NCBI GenBank assembly: GCA_934778125.1
Contig: CAKVOF010000001.1
Span: 18,429 to 82,428 of the forward strand
Source of the DNA: an uncultured Clostridia bacterium
GTDB taxonomy: Bacteria > Bacillota > Clostridia > Christensenellales > UBA1242
Direction: 5' to 3'
Length of the DNA stretch: 64,000 bases
Shown: piece after piece, positions 21,084 to 29,405 of the stretch
Layout: every line of letters begins with the position of its first letter
How positions within the stretch are numbered: the stretch's first letter is position 1
Position numbers and translations under genes: made by a program
Notes under the pieces: model-generated
Told to the model about the DNA's origin: nothing
What the model saw: only the letters and a program-made list of their open reading frames with translations
Databases searched by the model: none

Positions 21084-21109
21084 AAACTCTACTATATGTA
21101 GAGTTTTTT
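21084..21109 (+). terminator. Rho-independent terminator
   Basis: Stem aaactctac / gtagagttt followed by a T-run. Confidence 0.7.
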
Positions 21110-21171
21110 ACACACATTATAACACAATTTAAATAGTTGATTAAATAAATGTTATATGCTATAATTCAGAT

Positions 21172-21852
21172 ATGGACAGTGAAAAACTAAAAAATATAAT
21201 TGTTAAAAATTTAATAGATTATAGAAAGGCAAGCAAACTCACTCAAGCAGAACTTGCTGAAAAAATTAATTATTCAGATAAAGCAGTTTCAAAATGGGAG
21301 CGCGGAGAAGGCACTCCTGATATATTCGTGTTGCAAGAAATTTGCGAGGTTTATAATATCTCAATCAACGACCTTATAAGCGAACACAACACTCCAATAG
21401 AATTGAACAAACACCACAAGAAAAAAGATCGATTTATTTCTTTTACCACAAAAAATTTAATAACCCTATTATCGTTTGGGCTTGTTTGGTTTATTGCAAC
21501 AATTATTTATGCAGGGCTAGAAATCTTTACTAAAATCGATAGAGTGTGGCTTGTGTTTTTATATGCTATCCCAATTAGCGTGCTGGTTGTTTATATATTC
21601 ACGAGAATCTGGGGAACAAATTGGCTCAACTTTATTTTCCTTTCATTCTTCTCTTGGTCATTTACCACATGCATTTACTTAACATTTAAAATCAATATGC
21701 TTTGGCTACTTTTCGTTGCAATGGCAAGTTTCCAAGTTTTAATAATTCTTTGGTTCTTTTTAAAGCAAGAGAAATTTAAATCAAAGCAAAAAAATAAATG
21801 TAAACCCATCGCAGACAACTTAAAACAAGATAGTAAAACTAAATTAGATTAA
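21172..21852 (+). CDS. XRE-family helix-turn-helix protein with a multi-pass membrane domain
   Basis: The N-terminal sequence LTQAELAEKINYSDKAVSKWERGEGTP is a Cro/C1-type HTH. It is followed by about 4 hydrophobic segments. Confidence 0.7.
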   Translation: MDSEKLKNIIVKNLIDYRKASKLTQAELAEKINYSDKAVSKWERGEGTPDIFVLQEICEVYNISINDLISEHNTPIELNKHHKKKDRFISFTTKNLITLLSFGLVWFIATIIYAGLEIFTKIDRVWLVFLYAIPISVLVVYIFTRIWGTNWLNFIFLSFFSWSFTTCIYLTFKINMLWLLFVAMASFQVLIILWFFLKQEKFKSKQKNKCKPIADNLKQDSKTKLD

Positions 21853-21974
21853 ACCACATTAAATAAACATAAATTAGATTAAACTAAGTCATATAAAATC
21901 AAATTAAACAAAATTAAGTTAAATTAATTAAGTTAAATTAATTATATAAATTCTATTCAAACAATATTTAAATA

Positions 21975-22028
21975 AATAAGACTTAACAAAAAAAAACGGC
22001 ATTCACCGTTTTTTTGTTAAGTCTTATT
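21975..22028. terminator. Long bidirectional terminator hairpin
   Basis: The sequence aataagacttaacaaaaaaaaacgg ... ccgtttttttgttaagtcttatt forms a stem of about 23 bp with A/T runs on both sides. Confidence 0.7.
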
Positions 22029-22102
22029 TTATATTTTAAAAGCCTTTAACCACATATTAACCATTCTTTCCATAAAATTAAATAAATTAGCCATTTTAAT
22101 TT

Positions 22103-22155
22103 TAGCATAAATGACTATTTTGAAAATTAATCAGTAACGCAGTTTGCGATGCTTT
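22103..22155. repeat. Direct repeat copy A1 (53 nt)
   Basis: Sequence: tagcataaatgactattttgaaaattaatcagtaacgcagtttgcgatgcttt. It differs from copy A2 by 3 mismatches and 1 indel. It contains the quasi-palindrome TGAcTAtTTTgaAAAtTAaTCA. Confidence 0.85.
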
Positions 22156-22182
22156 GCCCTTTGCTTGTTATTTCCTATCACC

Positions 22183-22312
22183 CCATTTTGGAGTAAAAAG
22201 CAAGCAGAACAAGGCTCGATTTATTTTCAAGATAGGAGCATATTTAGCATATGTGACTATTTTGAAAATTAATCAGAAACGCAGTTATGCGATGCTTTTT
22301 ACTCCAAAATGG
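22183..22312. repeat. Perfect 20-bp inverted repeat pair flanking 90 bp
   Basis: The left arm ccattttggagtaaaaagca (22183-22202) is the exact reverse complement of tgctttttactccaaaatgg (22293-22312). The right arm contains the last four alaS codons (AILE) and the TAA stop. Confidence 0.9.
22245..22298. repeat. Direct repeat copy A2 (54 nt), abutting the alaS stop codon
   Basis: Sequence: tagcatatgtgactattttgaaaattaatcagaaacgcagttatgcgatgcttt. Confidence 0.85.
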
Positions 22313-24122
22313 CTTTGATACGGCGAACACCCGCCCCACAACTTTCCTCCTTAATTATCTTGAAATGCCCCAATTCTGCCGTGTTTTTTGCGTGTGGCCC
22401 ACCACATATTTCCTTTGAAACATTGCCTATGGTAAACACTTTAACTATATCACCATATTTGTTATCAAAAACTCCTATGGCACCACTTTTCTTCGCTTCA
22501 TCAACGCTCATTTGTGAGCATTCAACTGGTATGGCTTGCTTTATTGCATCGTTTACGAAATCTTCAACCTTAGCTATTTCTTCTTTTGTCATAGCTTTAT
22601 CGTAAGAGAAATCAAAACGCGCACGTTCACTTGTGATATTACTTCCTTTTTGGAAAACTTTATCGTTCAAAATTTTTCTTAAACCTGCATTCATTAAGTG
22701 AACCGCGGTGTGCAGTTTAGTTGTTTTTTCGCTATCATCAGCAAGCCCACCTTTGAACTTTCCCGCTGATGTTGTGCGGGCCAATTCTTGATGCTCTTGC
22801 ATTGCAAGCTTAAACCCTTCACTATCAACTGAGTAGCCTTGCTCATTTGCCATTTCAATTGTTATCTCAAGTGGAAAACCAAAAGTTTCATAAAGCCTAA
22901 ACGCTTGCTTCCCTGAAATAATTTTTTCAACCTTTTCGCCTGTCTTTTTAGCAAATTCAATGTGCCTTTCAATTCCATTTATAACCTTTTGGAATTCTTT
23001 AACGCCAAAAGAAAGCGTTTTCAAAAACTTTTCTTCTTCTTTGTTTAATTCAGTTATTATTCTTTCTTTGTTTTCTAAAAATTCAGGGTAATCATCTTTA
23101 AACATTTCAATATAACAATTTGCAATTTCGCCTAAATGCCCCGCTTCAATCCCAAGGTTTTTCATACATCTAATAGAACGGCGAATTAGCCTTCTCAAAA
23201 TATAGCCAGCATCGGTGTTTGATGGCACTATTCCTTTTCTATCCCCTAAAATTGCAGTTGCAGTTCTTATGTGGTCGGCTATAATTCTAAATGAACGTGT
23301 GTTTTCATCCCCATCATCACTATAAGATTTTCCAGAAAGTTTTTCAATAACTTTTAAAGGTTCTTCAAACAGCTCCGTTTCATAAATCGATTTTGCTCCG
23401 TTTAGGACCATTAAGTTTCTCTCTAAGCCAAAACCCGTGTCCACATTTTTTTGCTTTGCTGGGATATATTCAGTATCTGATATTTTTTCATATTGCATAT
23501 AAACATCATTACCAATTTCAATATACTTTCCGCAATCACAAGATGGATTACACTCTGGGCAACATTTTTCTTTTCCAGTATCTAAAAACATTTCGCTATC
23601 AGGACCGCACGGACCTCTAGAAATCTCCCACCAGTTATCTTTTTTAGGGCGATAAAAAATTCTATCTTCTGGCACACCCATTTTTAACCAACAATCGTGA
23701 GTTTCAGTATCTTTTGGTGCGTTTTCATCACCTGCAAAGCAAGTTACTGCAAGTTGATTTTCTTTTAATCCAATATATTTTTCACTTGTTAAAAACTCAT
23801 AACTCCAAGCAACTTTTTCTTGCTTAAAATAATCGCCCAAACTCCAATTTCCAAGCATTTCGAAAAAGGTTAAATGAGAGTTATCACCAACCTCGTCAAT
23901 ATCGCCAGTTCTTATACACTTTTGAACATCGGTCAACCTTTTCCCAGCTGGGTGAGATTCACCTAAAAGATATGGCACAAGCGGATGCATTCCAGCAGTT
24001 GTGAATAGCACGCTCGCATCGTTTTCTGGAATAACTGATGCAGATGGAATCACCGCATGACCTTTTTCCTTATAAAAATTTAACCATAAATTAATCAATT
24101 CTTTTCTTGTATATTTTTTCAT
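22299..24122 (-). CDS. alaS: Alanine--tRNA ligase, short form (607 aa, no C-Ala domain)
   Basis: The class II core is present (FTTAGMHP, TFFEMLGNWSLGDYFK). The editing domain carries HTAVHLMNAG and CGGPH. The ORF ends about 30 aa after CGGPH. Confidence 0.9.
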   Translation of the reverse strand: MKKYTRKELINLWLNFYKEKGHAVIPSASVIPENDASVLFTTAGMHPLVPYLLGESHPAGKRLTDVQKCIRTGDIDEVGDNSHLTFFEMLGNWSLGDYFKQEKVAWSYEFLTSEKYIGLKENQLAVTCFAGDENAPKDTETHDCWLKMGVPEDRIFYRPKKDNWWEISRGPCGPDSEMFLDTGKEKCCPECNPSCDCGKYIEIGNDVYMQYEKISDTEYIPAKQKNVDTGFGLERNLMVLNGAKSIYETELFEEPLKVIEKLSGKSYSDDGDENTRSFRIIADHIRTATAILGDRKGIVPSNTDAGYILRRLIRRSIRCMKNLGIEAGHLGEIANCYIEMFKDDYPEFLENKERIITELNKEEEKFLKTLSFGVKEFQKVINGIERHIEFAKKTGEKVEKIISGKQAFRLYETFGFPLEITIEMANEQGYSVDSEGFKLAMQEHQELARTTSAGKFKGGLADDSEKTTKLHTAVHLMNAGLRKILNDKVFQKGSNITSERARFDFSYDKAMTKEEIAKVEDFVNDAIKQAIPVECSQMSVDEAKKSGAIGVFDNKYGDIVKVFTIGNVSKEICGGPHAKNTAELGHFKIIKEESCGAGVRRIKAILE

Positions 24123-24193
24123 TATGTTTCCCTTTATTAATTTGCATTGAATACTCTATTAAAAGCAAATTATATGATTTACTAAACTTTAGT

Positions 24194-24222
24194 ATTTTAC
24201 CAAACTATGCTAAATTTTTCAA
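24194..24222 (-). promoter_or_regulatory. Candidate alaS promoter
   Basis: On the minus strand I read TTGAAA (plus 24217-24222), a 17-nt spacer, then TAAAAT (plus 24194-24199). It lies about 70 nt upstream of the ATG. Confidence 0.4.
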
Positions 24223-24250
24223 GGTTATTTCATATGATTTTATATTTAAT

Positions 24251-24386
24251 GCTTTTAAATAGGCAAATGGGCACGCTATCAGCCGAACGAAGTTCGGCTA
24301 GGGTGCGGGCGGGAATCAAACCCCGCACCCCGCTTGGAAGCAAAGCCTCCAAGCATAGCGTGCCCCATATTAACAAGCCTAAAAGC
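24251..24386. other. GC-rich four-way-junction (cloverleaf-like) structured element. Candidate ncRNA or mobile palindromic element; strand unknown.
   Basis: P1 is atgggcacgctat (24267-79) paired with atagcgtgccccat (24355-68), with one bulge. Arm 2 is gccgaac-gaa-gttcggc (24282-98). Arm 3 is gggtgcggg (24301-09) paired with cccgcaccc (24322-30). Arm 4 is gcttgga (24332-38) paired with tccaagc (24348-54). An outer extension pairs gctttt/aaaagc and aggc/gcct. The junction linkers are only 0-2 nt. Confidence 0.6.
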
Positions 24387-24461
24387 ATAGCTTGCTTTCA
24401 CTCATTCACAAACGCCTAATAATATTCATATTATGAAACGTAAGAAGGATTTGGAGAACAT

Positions 24462-25133
24462 ATGAGATACTACATAGATAAAAGTGTGTTATTAAACGAT
24501 ATAAAAGTGGTTGCTTTTGATTTTGATGAAACATTTTATTCGGCGGAAAATATGCGCGAATTATACTTAAATTATATTAAAAAAACATTTAAAAAACTTT
24601 GTGGTTTTGATGATAAAAAAACAAAAAAAGTTATGCATTCTTTGGGCTACACATTAGAAAGTAAAACCGCGCCAAGTTTTAGCCAAATATGCACAAATTT
24701 TGGCGTAAGCGATATTGAGTATCACAAATATAGAATAACAAACTATTTTGAAATTGATTACACAAAAGCTGAGATTGTTTCTAACGAAACACTAGAAAGG
24801 TTCGCCAAATTTTTTAATCTTTATATTGTGAGCAACGAAATCAACACAATTTTAGAAAGTAAAATAACAAAAATTAATTTGAATAAAGCCCTATTTAAAG
24901 GCATTTATTCAACGCCAATAACTGCCACCAAAACGAACTCAAAAGATATTCCATACCTAGATATTATTCATAGAGAACACATAAAACCTTCTGAATTGCT
25001 GGTTATTGGCGATAGATTTAAAGTTGATATCGAACCCGCAATTGAACTTGGCGCAAACGGAATTTTAATTGATAAACCAAGGGACTTAATTTCAATCATC
25101 TCACAAATCGAAGAACAAAAAAATATAAACTGA
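24462..25133 (+). CDS. HAD-superfamily hydrolase
   Basis: Motif I is FDFDET (DxDxT) and motif IV is GDRFKVDIEPA. Confidence 0.7.
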   Translation: MRYYIDKSVLLNDIKVVAFDFDETFYSAENMRELYLNYIKKTFKKLCGFDDKKTKKVMHSLGYTLESKTAPSFSQICTNFGVSDIEYHKYRITNYFEIDYTKAEIVSNETLERFAKFFNLYIVSNEINTILESKITKINLNKALFKGIYSTPITATKTNSKDIPYLDIIHREHIKPSELLVIGDRFKVDIEPAIELGANGILIDKPRDLISIISQIEEQKNIN

Positions 25134-25179
25134 TTAAAAAAACTTATGAACCACAATATTCATAAATTTTTTTAAAAAT

Positions 25180-26316
25180 TTAAAATTCACTATGCAAAAA
25201 TTTACACAAATCTTTTGTTGCGTTTGGTTTTGAAAATTTCAAGATGTTTTCTTTTGCACTATCAAGTAAACTTGGGTTTTCAATAAACTCATCAACAGTT
25301 TCATCTATTAATTTAAAGTTATTTACCATTAAAACTGCATTTTCTTTTTGAAGCACTTTAACATTTTCCACTTCCTCAAACACAAGTTTAGGAGTTGCCA
25401 CAATAGGAACACACTTATTCGCACACTCCGCCACAATCAAGCCTTGCGGATGGCAAATGCAAACATCACATGCACTTAAAATCAAATCTAAATTGTTTGT
25501 AATTCCATAAATCCTAACATTTTCAAGCTTATGTCTCTTAACGAATTTACTTAATCTATATCTTAGGTTTTGGTTTTTAACGCAAACAACAGAAACCATT
25601 ATTTGGTTTTTTGCTTTGCAAAGATTTTTAATTAACGCAACTCCTTCTTTAACGGAGTAATTGGGCACATAGCACACAACATTAAATAAATCATCTTTAA
25701 TTTTTAAAACATTGCATGCTTTAGTTTTTTCCACTTTTTTTTCAAACTTTTCGTTTGTTGGAACTCCAAAATCAATTATATTTTGATTCATATTAATTCC
25801 AAAATGAATAAACTTACTACTAAGCAGATCGTTTGGCGTGATTATATAATCCGATGTTTTAAAAAACCTCGCATTTACTGGAACATTATAGTTATGCACT
25901 ACCGACACAATTTTAACCTTTTCAAACAACTCTTTGCTATATGACTTAATATGGCAAACCATAGAACTAGGCAAAGAATGGGTGCATAAAACAACTGATG
26001 GTTCAAACATTTCAATTTTTTTAAGCAACTCGCTTTCAGCACCTTTCGTTAACTTAAACATCAACGTTTTCTCATAGTTTTTATTTTCTGATAGCAACTG
26101 TTTTTTATATATTTTGTTTGAAATTCTATTCATATTCCTGCAAAGCAAAGAATAGCCTTTGTTTAACAAAACGCCCTTAAATCCATCAACCATTTTCACA
26201 ACATCAAGTGTTCTAAAAACCACATCAGGGTATCTTTCACTCATATACCCCGTTATTGCTCTTGCTATTTCTTTGCTTTCTTCGCTTATATTCGCTGTTA
26301 GTAAAAGTAATCTCAT
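25180..26316 (-). CDS. Diacylglycerol glycosyltransferase-like protein (MGDG synthase / UgtP-like, GT28)
   Basis: The N-terminal LLLTANISE resembles the UgtP LILTANYG region. The segment YIITPNDLLSSKFIHFGINMNQNIIDFGVPTNEKF parallels the UgtP/MGDG-synthase core. The call rests on recollection of the family, not a search. Confidence 0.55.
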   Translation of the reverse strand: MRLLLLTANISEESKEIARAITGYMSERYPDVVFRTLDVVKMVDGFKGVLLNKGYSLLCRNMNRISNKIYKKQLLSENKNYEKTLMFKLTKGAESELLKKIEMFEPSVVLCTHSLPSSMVCHIKSYSKELFEKVKIVSVVHNYNVPVNARFFKTSDYIITPNDLLSSKFIHFGINMNQNIIDFGVPTNEKFEKKVEKTKACNVLKIKDDLFNVVCYVPNYSVKEGVALIKNLCKAKNQIMVSVVCVKNQNLRYRLSKFVKRHKLENVRIYGITNNLDLILSACDVCICHPQGLIVAECANKCVPIVATPKLVFEEVENVKVLQKENAVLMVNNFKLIDETVDEFIENPSLLDSAKENILKFSKPNATKDLCKFLHSEF

Positions 26317-26480
26317 TATTTTTCCTTTCTTTACTTTTGTAATTAAATCACATCAATTAAATAAATCTATTTTACCTATAGTCTATTTTGTTTAGGCCTT
26401 TTCATCACTATTTTAATGTTTTTAAAGCAAGTAGTCAACAAAAAAATCCCATTGAAATTCAATGAGATTTATATGGTTTA

Positions 26481-26990
26481 TTATTTTCTTTTGAATGCAA
26501 AGAACACCAAAATAGTGTAAACACAAGCAATGATTAACATAAACCAAGGCATAAATGATAGTGTTACCTTTATAGCTCCTAAGCCACCTGCACTAACAGA
26601 TATTTTACTAGCATAGATATAACCACAAATGATTGTGATAATTACTAAAGCACAAACTAAAATTGCAACTAGCTTAGCAAGGAAAATGCCCATTTTTTCG
26701 AATGCAAGTGATAGTAATGATAAAACACATAAAGCACCGCAACCAATAAGTGAGAATAAATAAGTCCATTGCATAGCAGTTAAAGCCTGACCAGCTTCAG
26801 AAGTACCATTATCGCCAATGTTCTTTAATAATTCAGCACCTGTTGTTGAAGTATCTGAAGATGAACCGATAATACTTGAGCCAGTTGTTTTAAATGTTGC
26901 AAAAACAAGTGATAAAAATGCTAAACCTGAAACGATTAAAAGAATAATCTTTAATGCCATAGTAGTGTTATTACTTTTAGATCTGCTCAT
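26481..26990 (-). CDS. Small multi-pass membrane protein, function unknown
   Basis: The protein has four hydrophobic segments. The ATG at 26990 (MSRSKSNN...) follows AAGGAGAGAG, so it is preferred over the track's start at 27017. Confidence 0.5.
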   Translation of the reverse strand: MSRSKSNNTTMALKIILLIVSGLAFLSLVFATFKTTGSSIIGSSSDTSTTGAELLKNIGDNGTSEAGQALTAMQWTYLFSLIGCGALCVLSLLSLAFEKMGIFLAKLVAILVCALVIITIICGYIYASKISVSAGGLGAIKVTLSFMPWFMLIIACVYTILVFFAFKRK

Positions 26991-27294
26991 AACTCTCTCC
27001 TTTATAAAATTTCGCAAAACTATAAAACTTAATTAAGAGTTTCAACTGCTTGGCGTGTATGTAATAATTACCCCTCACAAAGCAAAACAATTCACTAAAC
27101 TTTAAAGTTTCACTTAATAATATGATTATACACAATAAAAGATTATTAATCAAATTATTAAGCACATTATTAATTCATTAAACTGCAACTTTTTGTTTAA
27201 TTAACTAAAATATTTAAACAACAATTCAATACTTAATTTTTAAAAATTAAATAATAGAAACTCAAAACCCCAAACGATTAGCAAAACATTACAT

Positions 27295-27323
27295 AAAAAT
27301 GCAAGCACAAAGCTTGCATTTTA
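27295..27323. terminator. Bidirectional terminator downstream of cysS
   Basis: Stem gcaagc-acaaa-gcttgc, extended by A/T pairs, with T-runs on both strands. Confidence 0.7.
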
Positions 27324-27335
27324 TTGTTTATTTAT

Positions 27336-28766
27336 TTACTTTTTAATTATTTCAAAGCCATCTTTGCTATCTTTAATTTCATAGCCCAGTTCTAATAGTT
27401 TTGCCCTTATTTCATCGGCTTTTTCCCAATTCTTATTCTGTTTTGCTTGCCACCTTTCACTCGCAAGCTCTTTTATTTTAGCTGGAATATCATCTTGTTT
27501 GCCCTCGCCTGATTCTTTAGCAAACGCAAAGCCCAACACATCTTCTCCAAGAGATTTTATTAGGAAATTTACTTGTGCGAAAAGTTTCTCATCTTTTGAT
27601 CCCTTGTTTGCCAAAATAAACTTAATCAACTTATCAAACTCAACTAGAGCAAGTGGTGTGTTGAAATCTTCATTCATTGCTTCTTCGAATTTTGCTTTAA
27701 TCGCTTTTAGTTCATTGTTTTCCAAAACATTGCTTATTTTTGTTGTAATATTTTTTGAAGCCTTAACTTCTTCTAAAATTTTAGTAAATTGTTTTTTTGC
27801 TAACTCAAATTTCTCTTCATTAAAATCCACTGCCGATCTATATTGAAATTGCAATAAATAATATCTCACAACCATTGGATCGTACTTTTTAAATAAGTCT
27901 GGCAAAGTTATGAAATTACCAAGAGATTTTCCCATTTTTGTTCCATTAACAGTAACCAATCCATTATGCATAAAGAAATTCATTGGAATATGGCCATTCA
28001 CGATATCGGCTTGTGCACATTCGCATTCGTGATGTGGAAAAATATTATCTATGCCACCCCCGTGGATATCAAATCTATCACCTAAAAATTTTCTACCTAG
28101 AGTTGTGCATTCAATGTGCCAGCCGGGGCAACCCACACCCCAAGGCGAATTCCATTTCATAAGCGCATCATCACCAACACTTTTCCATAGCGCAAAATCT
28201 TCTGGGTTTTTCTTATCATCAGCCACTTCAATTCTTTCACCGCTCAACGCTTCATCAAGTTTTCTATTTGAAAGTTGACCATATTTTGAATATTTCCTAA
28301 CATTAAAATAAACGTTTCCAAGTGGTGTAACATAGCCATAACCTTTGTTTATTATATCCTCCACAGTTGCAATCATATCCGAAACAAACCCTGTTGCACG
28401 GCAAGAAATACTTGGTCTCAACACATTTAAACGGTCCATATTTTTAAAGTACTCGCATTCATATTTATATGCGATTTCATATGCATCAAGTTGCTCTTTT
28501 TTTGCTTGACGCGCAATTTTATCTTCACCATCATCGCCATCACCAACTAAATGCCCAACATCGGTTATATTTTGAACATATTTAACTTTATATCCCAAAT
28601 GTTTTAAATATCTAAAAACAACATCAAAGTTAACATAACTCTTTGCGTGCCCCACATGAGGCATTCCATAAACGGTTGGTCCGCATACATACATTCCAAC
28701 TCTACCTTCTTGAATAGGTTTAAATTCTTCTTTCTTTCTTGTGAAAGTGTTATAAATCTTTAACAT
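27336..28766 (-). CDS. cysS: Cysteine--tRNA ligase
   Basis: HIGH motif (HVGHAKSY), KMSKS motif (KMGKSLGN), and WHIECT zinc-site context. Confidence 0.92.
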   Translation of the reverse strand: MLKIYNTFTRKKEEFKPIQEGRVGMYVCGPTVYGMPHVGHAKSYVNFDVVFRYLKHLGYKVKYVQNITDVGHLVGDGDDGEDKIARQAKKEQLDAYEIAYKYECEYFKNMDRLNVLRPSISCRATGFVSDMIATVEDIINKGYGYVTPLGNVYFNVRKYSKYGQLSNRKLDEALSGERIEVADDKKNPEDFALWKSVGDDALMKWNSPWGVGCPGWHIECTTLGRKFLGDRFDIHGGGIDNIFPHHECECAQADIVNGHIPMNFFMHNGLVTVNGTKMGKSLGNFITLPDLFKKYDPMVVRYYLLQFQYRSAVDFNEEKFELAKKQFTKILEEVKASKNITTKISNVLENNELKAIKAKFEEAMNEDFNTPLALVEFDKLIKFILANKGSKDEKLFAQVNFLIKSLGEDVLGFAFAKESGEGKQDDIPAKIKELASERWQAKQNKNWEKADEIRAKLLELGYEIKDSKDGFEIIKK

Positions 28767-28778
28767 ACTATTTCCTTT

Positions 28779-29207
28779 CTAATCCAAACACAATTGAATT
28801 TGCTTAATCAATTCATTCACTTTAAGTTCAAGCAATTGCTTTCTCTCTGGTGGCAACTCTTCAAATTGTGCTTGTTGATTTCTATATATATTTTCTAATT
28901 CATGATAACCAGTTTCGGTTAAGTAATAGACTATTCCTCTAGTACTCGCGGTATTTTTCTTAACCCCAATAACAGAATCATCAATCAATGGTTTGCAAAG
29001 TTGAGTTAGGTTGCCTTTTGCTAAGCAAAGTTTATCAATAAAAAACTTTGGTGGCCTTTCGCCATATCTTCCTAGCAAGTGCAACATCTTACATCGAAAT
29101 GTTAGAGTGTTGTTCTTATTAAGTTCTAACGCATTGAATCCATCACAGAACTTATTTAATAGTATTCTAAGCTCTGTTAGTTGTTTTTCAAATCCAAATT
29201 CACTCAT
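28779..29207 (-). CDS. MarR-like winged-helix transcription regulator
   Basis: The protein has wHTH-like spacing (...LCLAKGNLTQLCKPLIDDSVIGVKK...YYLTETG). It probably starts at MSEFG (29207). It ends 12 nt upstream of cysS. Confidence 0.5.
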   Translation of the reverse strand: MSEFGFEKQLTELRILLNKFCDGFNALELNKNNTLTFRCKMLHLLGRYGERPPKFFIDKLCLAKGNLTQLCKPLIDDSVIGVKKNTASTRGIVYYLTETGYHELENIYRNQQAQFEELPPERKQLLELKVNELIKQIQLCLD

Positions 29208-29405
29208 ATAAAGTTTAACACCCACTTTTAGTTTGATTAAATTATCGGTTGTTTTTATTTTAAACAAACCAAATTGTTCACCATTCCAATTATACCTATA
29301 TTCTATTTAATTTGCAACATATTTTACTATAGTTGTAATAACATTATAACCGAAATCAGTGAATAAAAAACCATAATTTAAACAAAAATAATAGCAAGGT
29401 TATTT

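Noticed and set aside
24251-24386. I considered whether the GC-rich element is a tRNA, a T-box leader of alaS, or SRP, 6S or tmRNA.
   Set aside because: The arm lengths and loops are incompatible with a tRNA: the closing stem is 13 bp and there is no 7-nt T or anticodon loop. No T-box or specifier features are present, and the element lies upstream of the candidate alaS promoter. It lacks the SRP GGAA/AGCA domain IV motif and the tmRNA or RNase P conserved boxes.
24207-24419. A 70-aa Arg/Lys-rich ORF on the plus strand.
   Set aside because: It merely reads through the GC-rich four-way-junction element. It has no RBS, and its composition is explained by the GC-rich stems.
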